Assembly: GCA_964057225.1 (NCBI GenBank)
Contig: OZ059898.1
Coordinates: 14,446,001 to 14,510,000 of the forward strand
From: Auanema rhodensis
Lineage: Eukaryota > Animalia > Nematoda
Direction of reading: 5' to 3'
DNA length: 64,000 bases
Positions 1 through 13,900 of this stretch are shown here, piece after piece. Positions within the stretch are counted from its first letter, which is position 1. Every line of letters starts with the position of its first letter. The notes beneath the pieces are model-generated. The model saw nothing but the letters and a program-made list of their open reading frames with translations, had not been told where the DNA came from and did not search any database. The translations under genes and the position numbers were made by a program.

Positions 1-45
1 AATTACAGAATTCATGATGTCATATGAAATTAAGGAGACGATAAA

Positions 46-69
46 AAGAGAGGGAGAGAGAGGGAGAGA

Positions 70-142
<73 letters not shown>
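46..142. repeat. (GA)n microsatellite
   Basis: About 48 near-perfect GA units, read directly. Confidence 0.98.
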
Positions 143-143
<1 letters not shown>

Positions 144-463
144 ATTGATCCTTAACGATGAACATACTACATGAATATACATATGTATATTGAGAAACTG
201 GTTACAATAGACGAAAACAAATCTAATTGAGCCGAATAAATTATTTAATCTTTTGTAAAATTTAAAATTTTCAAGAAGTATATTCTTAATATCATTTTCC
301 TATTTTATTCACTAACTATTCTCTTCTATCGGCAAGCTCAGTTCTAAAATGTATTCGTTTGTTTGTTTGTTTATTTTCTTTTCTAAAAACATCCTCATAA
401 AACTACATTCATATGCATATAAATAGAGAATTTAACCATTTTCTTCATTTAATTTACTCTTTT

Positions 464-637
464 TCACATTTTTTCATGTTTTTTCATATGTATATAACTG
501 AATAGCAACAGCAACAGCAATAACATCAGCATCAGCAGGCGAAGCAGCTTAAATCCTGAGCGAGGAATGATGCTACCGGCTGTGCTTGGAACGGAATCAG
601 TTTGAACAAGCTCCCATGGGGCATTAAGATTGTCCAT
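464..637 (-). CDS. Candidate 57-aa single-pass membrane microprotein (or terminal exon)
   Basis: TTTTAG acceptor directly before the ATG at 637. Translation MDNLNAPWELVQTDSVPSTAGSIIPRSGFKLLRLLMLMLLLLLLLFSYIHMKKHEKM*. No recognised homologue; the Leu run derives from a CTG/TTG repeat. Confidence 0.25.
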   Translation of the reverse strand: MDNLNAPWELVQTDSVPSTAGSIIPRSGFKLLRLLMLMLLLLLLLFSYIHMKKHEKM

Positions 638-3345
638 CTAAAAAGGAAAAAAATTGAAGATGGAATAGATGAAGATGAACTACTGCTGTTCACTATGTGC
701 TTCATGTGTTCATCTGAATCGTTTAAATGCTCATAATTAGCTAAAGATGTATTTGATTGGTGGACTTCTTTTGAAAACTCCAAAATCAAAATGAAAAAAG
801 GCCAAGAGCATGGAGCGTTGAAGGAAAAGCTGTTTTGATCTGGCTAGTTCTCTTTGAGCATGCATGTGTCTATTAAAGTGATTTCATCACTTCTCTGTAA
901 TTATTGGCTTTGTGGGTCTCTTTAATTCTCTGAATATCGTTCCTAACACTCTTTTTCGTTCCTTCCCTTATTCTCTCCCTCTCTCTTTCTCCCTCTATTA
1001 GGTTATTAGCACTTAGAGAAAAGTGAGAGAGAAAGAGAGAGACTACGGAAGATAAAGTTAAAATAAGAGATACGATAAGGATGTGAGAAGAAGAAAGTTG
1101 AGAATTAAGAAAGGATTGGTGGGAGCTGAAGCTTTGAACCCATTAACGACTTTAGAGTTCAACTTTTGAAAATTTGTATGTTGGTGTATGTTTCATGTGG
1201 TAGTAAGCAAAATGCTATGAAAATACATAGTAGATATTCAATAAATAGTTGATAAATTCACATTTTCTTCGTTTTCGGTTCTTCAGTATGTCATCATACA
1301 AATTGTTTATGTATATTTTTCTATAACAAGTTCAATATTCACATGAAGAAGTTAACTTAGCCAGCCGATCTTTTTAAGCTGAAAAATGAACGAAAACTCT
1401 GACACTAAAATAGCTTTTGGAACTAATAAAAAGCTCAAAAACCAGAGACAAAACGACGGAACGCTAACTTAGCTTGCCATCTAACTAACGAAGAGAAACA
1501 AATGACCAATAGCTTACGAGCAAAACGTTGAACGACCCTCCTGTTAGTATGCACACTGATGAGACGATGAACAGGCCACGATGACGACAACCCAGCCGGC
1601 ACCTAATTCGTTTATTCTAATTGCAATCATTTGCCACGTCTTCAGCTGCTCTTTCATGTTCCTCTACCATCGTGCTTTCATCATCCGTTGTTGGCCTTTC
1701 CCTTCTTTGGATGCTGAGCTTCTTGAGAACTCTCATGCCCGTTGTCGCCTCTCCCACTACTTCTCGTCGCCAACACATTCTTCTTAGCTATTCTCTCTCT
1801 CTCTTCTTCTTTTTCTCTTTTTGCCTCACTTTCTAACTCCCTCTCTTTTTCTCTTTTTCTCTATTTCTCTCTCTCTTCATTTATCTGTATTTCTTTCTCT
1901 TTTTCTTTAGTTCACCCTTCCTATCCACCAACATCATCATCAAGTTGTCCAATCCAAACCCCCTTCTCTCTCTTCCAATTGCTTGTTGTAGTACCCAATG
2001 CTTCCAGCTACCAGAGTATTTCCATCCTATTTCTCATTCGGTCATCTTCCTTTTAAGATCGTCAGCCCTTGTTGTCTAACAAATGAACTTTTCAAGTTGC
2101 AATGTCTGTTACATGCCCATATCTCAAGTCACGCAATCTCATTAGCCAATAAGCACCTTTCACGTTACGTGCTCATTACGTGACCGTTCACGTCATTCAT
2201 TTCATTTTCCAATTTTCTTTTCTTTAAAACGGTTGTCTTTCGTATTCATCGTTACATACATTTCATACTAAAACATTACAGATGTTTTCTACTTATCTCA
2301 AATATTTCTGTGTATGATTGGAATGATAACATGTCTATGTTGGATTACGCTAACGTTAGGTATGTTTCACATACTTCATTTATCTTTTTTCTTATTTTCT
2401 TTCTACTGTTGTACTGATCATAAAATCTGCTTTGGAAAGAAATTTGAACCTTTTAGCCCAGAAATGATGATATTCCTAGGTCATATTGTCTCTTATTATC
2501 TGACTTGAACTTGAATACAATACAAAGTACTTATATTGCAACATTACTCATTTACATTTTGATTCTACTCAATTCATCTTATAATTATTCGCCTTTTACT
2601 TATTCTTCACATTGAACCTTTTCTATAGTTCAAGTTTGTACAACCTAGCTTATCATATATCTTGGAATCCTACATTCAAAGTTTGTGATGCCTTTAGCAA
2701 CGATTAGTCATATATCCTCGACTTCATAGCATTGAATTACCAATCTCTTCTCATAGTTTGAATATCAATTGACTTTCTAGACGACATTCTATTCTCTTTT
2801 AACATATTATCTGATTTTCTTTTATAATTTTCCTATTTATTAGGTCATTTACGAAATGTTTTTCTCTATCTTCTTTGCTTTTCTCTCTCCTAACTTACAA
2901 TTTAACATTCTATTCCTGACACTTATGTGTTTTGCGGAAGTACATGTGATGAAGCAGTTGTTAATCTTGTTTCGTTGTTCTTTTTGTCATTTTTTTTGTG
3001 AAAAAATGATGGCATTCTTGCTAGTAGGTACAAGCTTGTCGTTAGATCTAACATTTCCACATAAAAATAAAGCCAAGTTGTAAAAATGTTTAAAGAACAT
3101 AAACAATAAGCATGAAACGTCCTCAAAGTTATGATATGATGAACTTAAATAAGCAATAATATGTCAAAGATTGGGCCATTTTCGAGTAAACAGCTTTGAA
3201 AAGAAACTTTTTTTATAAAAATGAGACAAACTAAGCAAAGCAAAGAGAAGGAGGAGCTTGATAAGCCGAAGAAAGAGTGGATACTATGTTTCTCTCCATC
3301 AAAGAAACAACCATTTGCTCATTCGTCTCTTATTCACCCCCCCTC

Positions 3346-3349
<4 letters not shown>

Positions 3350-3398
<49 letters not shown>
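3350..3398. repeat. (CT)n microsatellite
   Basis: Direct read. Similar CT tracts at ~4168-4228, ~12138-12205, ~15975-16046 and ~22226-22262. Confidence 0.97.
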
Positions 3399-3402
<4 letters not shown>

Positions 3403-4166
3403 CAGTCTCGTTTTATTTCATACTCTCTCACACATCAGCACTTTCTGGCTAGCTCTCACACAGCAGTCAGCATTATTTCTCGTGCTGCTTCTTCTGTTTC
3501 TTATTCTTCTTCATGCTCACTCTCATATCTCCCACTTCCGCCCACATCTCGTCCCCAGAGCTATCTGTGAGTTTGATGTTGATGTGGATGTAGATGTTGA
3601 GGGTGAGGTTGATGATATGAAGATGATCATAGTGCTGGTAGTTTCTTCATCTATTCATCAAGATAACAGAAGCTTTTCCTTCCTTCTATCTATCAATTTC
3701 GTTTATTTCTTCTCTTTTGTTCCTACTATTTTCACATTCGTTTTTACGATGTGCTACCTTTGGTCTCATAGAGTGGTAAACGTATGTATATTACAGATTG
3801 AGAGAGAGAGAGAAAGAGAGAGATGGAGAACGAATGCCTTCCCTCTTCCCTCTTTTTCATGTCTTACATTCCCTCGTTTTCCAAATAATTTTCTATTTTT
3901 CTCCTTCTCTCCATCTCTCTCTCTCTTGCCTCTATCATTCCATTTGCTCCTTCTCTCCTTATTCTACGTTCTCATTCAACCTCTTGTTCTTATATCCTCT
4001 TCTCTTCACGGTTACCACCCAATCATTCAGCTTCCAAATCATTTTGTGTTCATCTTCAGCACCTTCATTCATTCATCTCCCACTCCCTCTATTTCTTTTC
4101 TCGGCAATTACATCGTTCCAACCAACCGTTTTTCATTTTCATTCATACTATCTCATGTCGTTCGAA

Positions 4167-4229
<63 letters not shown>

Positions 4230-5672
4230 CTTTTCTCTCTCTTTCTCTTACTTTTTACTGGTTTTGTCCTCATCGTTCATACTCACAAGAAAAACTTTTT
4301 TACTTTTCTCCAAAAAGTCTCGGCCTTATCTTTGTCAACTTGCCCATCCATGCAATAGCTTGTCACTTCTTTCTCGAGCCACCATCTCGTCCCTACTTTC
4401 TCCGTCTTCTTCTTCGTTCTATCAGTTTGCTTGTCGAAGTTGCTCGATTTCCCAAATTTTGCGATTTCAGGCGTTCGGCCCATCCAATGATCTCTCCTCT
4501 ATCTCTATCTCATCCACCTTTATTTCTGTTTTTCAGTTTTATTGCCATTCTTATATAGTTTGATTTAACGTCATCTCTATGAAATTATCCATCAAAATCA
4601 CAGATTCGCCTCTCTCGTTTCCTCCAAAATACATTTCAATTTCACTTTGTACTTTACCATTTCAAGATTCTTCTTTTTGTGTCTTCTTTTGAGTCTAGTT
4701 TATATTTGACATTCTTCTTCCTGAAACTTCTCAAACTCTTGACTTTCGTTCGAACTTCTTTGCAAAAAATTAGAAATTTCAACTAATCTCAGGTCATAGT
4801 TCAATGATTGCCCGACGAACACCCATCCGGCTGTTGCTTGACTTTGGCTATTCGATTGTCAAAAAATTCATTTACTTTGTCTTCAACTCTTACTGCTAAA
4901 GCATTCGATTTGTATCATCTTGCTCATACTTTTTCGACCTCATCTTCTGGAGTTTTCTGTCTGACTCAATTGGAAATACATACATCTTTGTGCCAACCAA
5001 ATGAATCGTTCTCAACCCAATTGATTATAAGGATTATCTGTTCGTAGTCCGACTTTTACTTCTTGCAGCTGGTCTCCAGATGTTCTTTTGGATTTTTAAA
5101 ATCATTTTTCTTTCATCTTCATTCTCACCATCTTTGCCATCAATGTACATCTTTAACATTCAGTTTTTCTCATCATCTCCCTCCTCCTGTCTCCTCCCCA
5201 CCACACCAACGCCGTCATGATGATGCTGATGATCATGAGCCTCATCGTTGTCGTTATTTGCCACCTAATTCGTCACTCATCTTCTAATTTTTCTTTTGAC
5301 AATTTCAAGACTCTTATCATCCTGTTTTCCGATTTTTCGTGCTCTTCTTAAATATTCTGACATATATAAGTATGTTCATATATCCTCCTTCATTGGCATT
5401 TACCATGTTAATCCTCATTTTTTATGAAATTGACGTTTCATATACATTGTCAGATTTCTATTTCATGGATTTGTCACAATATTTTTCTTTCAAAATATTC
5501 AGGAAAATACGTGTCGTCCTTTTTTTTCTTTGAAAATATGCTTTTGACTCATATTATCCATTAGTGGCTCTTGTATGTTTCATTCCTTCCACAAGTTGAA
5601 CAATTTTTTGTATCTTTTCGATTCCAGTTCCGTGTCCTTTAAATACTAATAATAAACTTATTCAGGGCCGAG

Positions 5673-8600
5673 ATGACGACGGGCATTCCCCGTGGTGTCG
5701 GAGCTCCTCCGCCACCCGGTTTGGATCCAAAACGTGGCAAACTCATGTGCATTAAAGTACGAATGTTGGATGATTCCGTTGCTGTATTTCATCTTGGTGT
5801 AAGTTTCATTTGATATTTTTCAATAATTTTGTGAAAGACGCTAAAATACGTCAAAAAGCTTTAGCTTGAGCTGTGGGTACTGACCTGACAATATGTTTGA
5901 TTTCAAGCTTGAAAAATAAGTTTCTTAATTACTCAGATAATTCATTTTACATTTCGTTGTATTTTCTCTTCAAAGGTCGATATCGCATAATCGCTAAAGA
6001 ATATATGTATATCAGTGTCTGTTTGTATGTTTGAGACAGCCACTTGTGACATATGCTTCTCCTCCTCCTACTCCTCATCGTCTTTTTGCTTTTCCTTTTC
6101 TCTCTCTTCCCTTTCTCTTTATCGCATTCTCTACATGTAGATTCATCAATCCATCTATCTCTCAGGTTTTGTGGGCTATCACTTGACCAAAACACGAAGC
6201 TAAAGGCCCGACATTGCGTTTCAAAAAGGCCGAAACTTCAAAATTTATGTCTTTTGGGCCAAACAGAATTTGAACAAATCATTTCATAGAATATCATAAA
6301 TTCCAACAATATCTGAAACAAATGGCTGAAATTTCTTATATATTTTATGATTTTCAGCATAAAGCCATAGGACAAACGTTGTTGGATGAGGTATCACGTC
6401 ATCTCAACCTCTTAGAAACAGATTACTTTGGTCTGGAATTTATAGATAATTTGAGAAATAGGGTAAGTAACAAATGAATTGTACATAAATTTTCTTCAAA
6501 TTTTTTTCCGCGAAAAAAAGGGAAGCGGAAAGCTTTTATAACATACACATGTTTAATACTCATCGAACTCAACTTTTATTAGTATACTGTAGTTATGTGT
6601 GAAATATTAAATTTATTTCCGTATATCTTATTGTTTTAACTTAAATCTTGTAATTTACAGTGTTGGTTAGATAAGGATAAAGCTATCATTCGCCAAATTT
6701 CATGTAGTGATGCTAAATTCTACTTTGTTGTCAAATTTTATAGTCCAAATCCCATTGATTTAGAAGAAGAATATACAAGGTATTTATATTATTTTTCTAT
6801 TTTTTATAAAAAAAACATTTTGTTTCAGATATCTTCTGACTCTTCAGATACGTAGAGATTTAGCTCTGGGCGATTTACATTGTTCCGAATCAACAGCAGC
6901 TTTACTTGCAGCCTATCTCGTACAGGTATAATCATCTATTTCCGTATAAGCTTTCTCCAATATGAATCTTCTTCCAGTCCGATTGTGGTGATTTCTCATC
7001 CGATGATTATCCAGATGCCACATATCTATCACATACGCGCTTCGTACCTAATCAAACATATGAATTTCAACAGAAAATCATGGAAAATCATCGAAATCTT
7101 GTGTATGTTTCACTTTTTTTTGATTAAACTAGTAGTGTATGAGTAATTGAAAGATTGACTGGCACTAATCCTTTATTTCTTCTTTCGTGTCGTTGCAATT
7201 TTTCATTCGGACCTCTTGATGTCTGTTAGAAAAGTAACGAAACATGACAAATCGTAGTAGATGTAACTAAGTGGACTTAAGGGGATTTACTAACTTTATT
7301 ATTCTTACTATAAACTTCTTAAAAAAAAAGAAATGAAAAGAAATCCAAGGAAAATTGTTTGAAATACGAAATATTGGAAATTGAAGTTAAGGCTTTAAGT
7401 TTCTGAATGCTTTTTCATTTTCAGAGGAATGTCTCCAGGTGAAAGTGATTTAGCGCTCTTAGAGGTTGCTCGACGATGTGACTTTTATGGAATTAAGTTT
7501 CATATTGCTAAGGTTGGAATTAATGCTCAAACGCTATATTAATGATTTTACAGGATATTGAAGGCACAGAAGCCAATCTTTCTGTTATGCATTTGGGAAT
7601 TAAAGTTTTTCATCAACTTCATTGCGTTAGTACATTTTCTTGGGCGAAAATTCGCAAATTAAGTTTCAAACGGAAAAAGCTGTTAATCAAACTTCATCCA
7701 GACAGTTATGTAAGTATTCTTATATATTCTTAGTTTTAATACATGAATAATCATATTTTCAGCAATATTATAAGGAAACTATTGAATTTGTCTTCGATAC
7801 ACGCAACGAATGCAAAAATTTTTGGAAGAAATGTGTTGAACATCATGCCTTCTTCAGATGTACTTCTGTTGAAAATTCAAAGAAAGATGGTCGTTTGTTC
7901 AGTAAAGGCAGCTCTTTCAGGTAAACTTCAAATTCAAATTATAAGTAAAACTCAAGTTCTTTCTTTTAGATACAATGGTAGAACTCAGAAGCAGCTTATC
8001 GACTATGTTCGTGAACATCATAAGCGTCGTGAACCTTTCACAAGGTTTGTTATTATGCTCATTGATCATCTATTCTTTTCTTGAAACATACTTAAACATC
8101 CGAATTTCTGCCCTAATCTTGTTCCTAATTCAAATACAAAGCTCTCTTTCTCTGCAGGCCGTTGCGATCAGCTGGCGCCTTGTCTACTAGTCGTGGCGAC
8201 TACATGTGCTCCGGCTCTGTGCAATACTCGATGGTGCGCGAAAAGAAGCCAAATGGATCTCGTCATGATCATCGTTCCATGCCACATCTAGCTACTACAA
8301 CATCTGGCAGCGGCATCGTCAGTGGTAGCACCAGCCATATCAGTGGCCCAGCAGGAGGATCCAGCGTCATCGGCACATCAGCAGGTACATTGGATGCGCG
8401 TATCATCTCATCATCCAGCTCAACGCATCATCCCCCCGCGCGAGCATCTGCCTCATCCACATCTTGCTCAGCATATGCTCATACCATTTTGAATCATCAG
8501 CACTCTAATCCAATCCAAAATAATAGTTTTAATTCTAATAATAGTCATAATAATAACAACAACAATCAATTAACTCATCTGAAACAGCCTATATCCGATA

Positions 8601-10957
8601 CTGAGAAGCTTAAAATATATAGTAATACTAGTTATAATAATAATAATCGCCCTAATCAGCATGATCGAACTGAGCCATCCAATATTCTGAAGGATAATAA
8701 CGTTGAAAATATTTCTTTATCCTTACCTAATGTCCTATCTGATGATATTCAAGTTGTATGTCGTGAACTTGAAATCGAAAATAACTCGAAAAAGCCGCCG
8801 AAATCAATGTCTGGGGATAACTTCTTGGAAATGATTGATAAATCGAATGATTATGATAATGTGAGTGAAGATTCATATCGTTTGTCTGATAACGAGCGTA
8901 GTGTACGATCTGAAGTCGGCACACAGTCTCAGCAGCAGGTCTACAATACCACTTTTACCACCAAACGTATTGGCAATGTGATTGTGAAGAGGGTTGTATC
9001 GCAGACGAAATCAACGCCAAATACAACGGATGATGAGGATTCAGAGCACATTACGTCAACACGGTCAGATATTCAGCCACGTAGTCATAGTCAGCCTCGA
9101 CGACGTGCTCTGAAAGAATATCCATTCTACTCTACTACTGTTGTACCAATTGAGATTGATGGACCAAATGTAGATTTACAAGCTAGATTATCACAGAAAT
9201 CGGCTTCTTCTACTCCAACGTCCACTCTGAATTCACATCATTCTCGTAAACCAATTTATACATCATCTGGAGCACTTCTTCTGAAGCCAAAAGTTATATC
9301 GATGGATCAAGATGAAGCTTCATCATCTTCTTCTGCTGCTTATGCTAGCGTTAAGATTTCTCCCGATTCAGGAACTTACAGTACCATAGTATCTCCTGTT
9401 GTTCGTGAAATGCGTGAAGAACAAATCGTCCGAGTTTCTGGACCTTTGCCAGGAAAAATCCTGACAAAGGAAAATATGGTCATAACACCTGAAGGTATGA
9501 AAGAACGTCGGCAAAAGCCAGTAATACCTCCAAAACCAAAAATTCCGGAACATGGTGTGAAGCCTGGAATGGACGTTGTCGGCCATCCCGTTGTGAACAT
9601 GAGTCAGGATATCAATCGTGCTCGTAGCGAAGATCGTTCAACATCCAGTAGTCACACGAGTCAGACACCTCCTCCTGCTACTCCACCAGCTCCTGTTTTT
9701 TCTGCTCCACCAGCCCCTCCAGCTCCCCCGGCTTTACCTTCACAGGTTTCCACTTTCAGCCAGAATGCAGCTTCATCTTCGATATCTACAGTTCCCGTTT
9801 CGACTGCTACTATAACTAATGCAGAAATCGAACCATTAACAAACACAGTAACAACAACGACTTCAACAGCTTCTCAGCCATCTGGTGCTCGACGTATTCT
9901 GAATCGTCCAGCTCTCATATCAGTCAAGAGCGAAGATAGTCCAGAAATTGAGAAGTGTCATCTATACAACAGCGATATTCCATATACGTTGACGTTGAGA
10001 AATTTAGATACACCGAAGGAAACTGAAACCGTATTCGAGACAACCTCTCTTAAACGGCTGAATAAGCCGACCGCTGCCGAAGCTGCAGCAGCTTTCGAGC
10101 GTAGAAAATCGCTGGATCTGGTACCACGTAAGCGACTACCATCTCCTGGAAACTTCTCTTCTCAAGATCATTCCATATCTCCAACTAGCCCAGATGGAGA
10201 TGTGCTTGAATATCTTTTGAGACGCCGAAGTATGAGTCAAGATCGAAGCTCATTGTCCAAGAAAGGCAAACGTGGAGATGTGCGACGACAGACACAGCCT
10301 GTCAGATTTGATCTTCCAGCTCATTCTCCAGCCTACTCACCAACAACTACGTCTTCCACCCCATTTATTAGTTTTCTTAATGATGACGTCGATGATTGTA
10401 TGTCGGAATCCAGAAGCTTACACGACGATATGGATCGCTTAGATAAGCAGACTCAGAGCATTAGCTCTCTGAACGTAGACGAAAGAGCTGGATCTGAAGA
10501 GAGTGATGCTCTTCCACCTCCTCCGTCTAATCTACGACGCAAAGCAGCTCCTCCTCCACCTCCACCGAAAAGCAAAAGAGCTGCGGAGCGAGTAGTTGAA
10601 ATCAAAGCAACGACAGTATTATCTCTTACCGATGAAGATGCCATGTCTAAATCTGTCGAGGGACCAATTGCTCCAAAGAGCAGTCCTGAGAAAACAAGTG
10701 CAGATGAGCTATCATGGTCAGAACAGCCACAAGTTCCAGCTCCAAACGAACGAATGTCCTCCCTAGAACGCCAGATTCAAGAGTTTGCTTTGATGAAAAC
10801 GTTACCGACCACTTTGAAAGAGATATCAGCAGAAAAGCTTCCAACCGATTCGCCACCATTCATCGACGACTCGCCAAAGGAGAGCTCCGAGCCGAGCATC
10901 GAGGAAACTCCATCCTCTATTCGTACACCTTCCGGCCTCATTGTAACCGATTTCTAA
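5673..10957 (+). CDS. frm-3: FERM + FERM-adjacent protein, isoform with long disordered terminal exon (FRM-3A-like)
   Basis: In-phase exons 5673-5798, 6358-6462, 6661-6779, 6829-6925, 6978-7102, 7425-7512, 7554-7709, 7763-7920, 7970-8044, 8158-10957. Translation MTTGIPRGVGAPPPPG..KVRMLDDSVAVFHLGHKAIGQTLLDEV..DYFGL..VKFYSPNPIDLEEEYTRYL..FSWAKIRKLSFKRKK..FWKKCVEHHAFFR..GSSFRYNGRTQKQ, matching C. elegans FRM-3/FARP as I recall it. Ends GLIVTDF*. Confidence 0.93.
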
Positions 10958-13900
10958 ACGCTTGAATGTGATTATATGTTTGTGGCCAATCAGCCTTAAT
11001 TGAATAAAACAAAGCTAATTTTACGAGAAAAAAGGCTGATTGCGTCGACCATAACAGCATGAATTTTCAATTTTTTGTCTGCTTCATCTCCGCTTCATTT
11101 TATTTTTTTTCAAAGCTTGTACGGCATTCCATACTCCCTCTCTTCATCAGCTTTTTTTTGTTTTTATTTATTTTTTACCACAAAAGAAGAAACATATTCT
11201 AAAAATTTTTTATTATCTTCTTTTCAATTAATTCATAGAGATTTTACAAGTTTTGCCTTGCCTTTCACCCCACACTTCACCTCATTCACAGCTCACACCT
11301 GCACAAACCTTACAAGTTACTTTCAAGACTTATATTGCACCCAAGCGCGCACAAGCAGCAGCTGCAGCAGCCTTTACTGTGTTTTCACTTCGTTTTTTTG
11401 ATTCGTTCTCTGCTTTTTTGGATATAAATCAATAAAATATAATTAATTTTAGCTAATTATATCCAAATATAGCAGGTAAGTATTGCATGAAAGATGTTTT
11501 TAGTTGATTTTCAATCTTTCCGGCTACCAACCTCATCCATGTTTTTCCTTCCTACTTAAAGCTTGTGCCTTCGTATATTTGTGATAAAGTGGTGCTTATA
11601 TAGATTTTATAAAATATTTATATTTATAATTATATATAAATATACAAATATATATATATATATAATTAGTTTTTGAAATGAAAAACAGAAGATAAAAGAC
11701 GGTCTTCTTCAAGTTTATAGCAATAGCAAAGCTTTTGTTACTGCGATTTTGAACTTGTAAGCTTGATTCTTCTATTTTCATGATTTTTCTTTGTTTTTTT
11801 TTAATTTTTTTCAACAGAAAACATACGAAGAAATTACCTTCAAAGGCCATTTTGATATTGCGAGATTAGACAGCGGGTTAAATATATATTATTATAGTAT
11901 AAACTATAATTAAAACTAGCATTTCATCAATAAATATAAATATAGGCTTAATATATAGTTAAGTAATAATATTTTTTTTTATTTTTAGATGAGTTTATCT
12001 ATTGATTGTTTTAGTTTTTTCGTACCCTTTCTCTACCTTTCCACATATAGTCAAAACTTTTTTTTTCTGTATTTTCTTTTCACAACACTTGTAGTCGTAA
12101 TACTGTTAGATATGTAGGTTCCACTCACTCTCTTAATCTCTCTCTCTCTCTCTCTCTCACTCTTTCTCTCTCTCTCTCACTCTCTCTCTCACTCACTCTC
12201 TCTCTTTCTTTCTAGTCTTACAACACTCATATTCATTGCTCATTGCCGAACTTGTTATCACGTATTCCACCACAACTTTTTTCCGATACACATCTCCCAA
12301 CATCTTCTGCGCCTTTTTTTCAAAAAATAGTTTGATCTCTCTCCTAATCCTTCCCTCTCTCCCTCCTACCCTCCCCGCCCCCTCTCTCTCTCTCTCTATC
12401 TCTCTCTCACTGTATGTACTGTATATGTATTGTTCAAAGTCCTCATAATGCCTTTTGTTTGTTGTTTTCTACTACACTTGCCACACTATATACCATATGT
12501 ATGTCTTTGTTTATTAATTTTATTTTTTAAAAGAAATATAAATTGTAAATAAAAGTTTATTGAAACAGTAGTGTAGTGGTGGATGTCTCAGTTAGATCAA
12601 GCTTTGTTGTTGGCTTTTCGTCCAATGTCCACTCAATCAGCATGATCCCAAAAGAAAGCTCAGTATGGGATAGGCATAAACTTATTTTAAAACTTATTCT
12701 TTAAAGATGATTATAAGATCAAATACTACAATAATTATTATTTTTTCAATCATTTCTTTAGATTATGCTTCATTTAAAAAGAAGAAAGAAGTCATATATG
12801 GTGTTAATTCAACATTTTCAACTGAAAGTATAGCTTTGACGGAGCCAATAAGCCGCAGTCATACACAAAAAACAAATACGTAATCTGAAACTTTATAAGC
12901 ATTTTCATCTGAACAAACTTGAATTTTAAGTGTTCGATTTGGTTTAAGTACAAGTTTAACATCAAATATTGATAGTAATCCCAATCTATATCGAGCTGAT
13001 TCAAGTGATAGTGGTGGCTTATCACTAGCATATGATATGAAAACTAGTAAATGTGGTAAGAATATATTATATGAATAGAATATATGTATATATATCTATA
13101 TGTATCAAATATTATTTAGATAATAGTTCAAGTATTCATAGTACACGAAGTATTCTTCCGGATTCTTTTGAATGTCGTCTCGATCCTGAATCAATGTCTG
13201 AAAAGTCTGATAGCTATCTAGAACGAGAAGATTCCCTCATAGGCCAACGAGTAGCTTATTTCTTTTTTGTTTTTTTTACAAAAATTTCAAATTTTCAAGA
13301 CATTCCTAAAGCCGTCCGTGTCACTTGTCGATATTGCTAAAGATTTATTGAATATTGAAAGAACAACATCAAATGATCTAAGAATTATATCTCAGGTTAT
13401 CAAATACTTCTTCGATTAACATCAATTTAATCTTTGCAGACACTATTCAATAAATTAGAACCTTTATTGGATAAATGTAAAATTCTCTTAGAATTATTCA
13501 ACGTTTTATCTGATTTACATTGTTCACAATCACAATTTCTTGATGAATTAGATCAAATTACGAGGTAAGAACCATGATCACTAATAACTTGTACTAGTAT
13601 AGTATTTATGAAACATACATGTATACAATTATTTCGATATACTATGAATACACATATGTATATGTATTTTTCATAAAGTCATATACATATGTCATCGGAA
13701 TGTTGTATTCAAAAATGGTTTTATTAAATTTCAAAAAATTTAATTATTACAGTACTCATCAACAGGATATTGATGATTTTCCGCAAAAAGTTCTATGTGT
13801 TGTTCATAATGTTGTTCCTATGTATACATCATTAATTCAACAATATCCAATTTATATCTCAGCTTTAGATGAACTATGTCGATCACAAATACCATTCAAA

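Noticed and set aside
3221-4558. 445-aa ORF
   Set aside because: Product of a pyrimidine-rich strand with (CT)n tracts (LSLSLS, F/L/S-rich) that lacks stop codons by composition; no domain signal.
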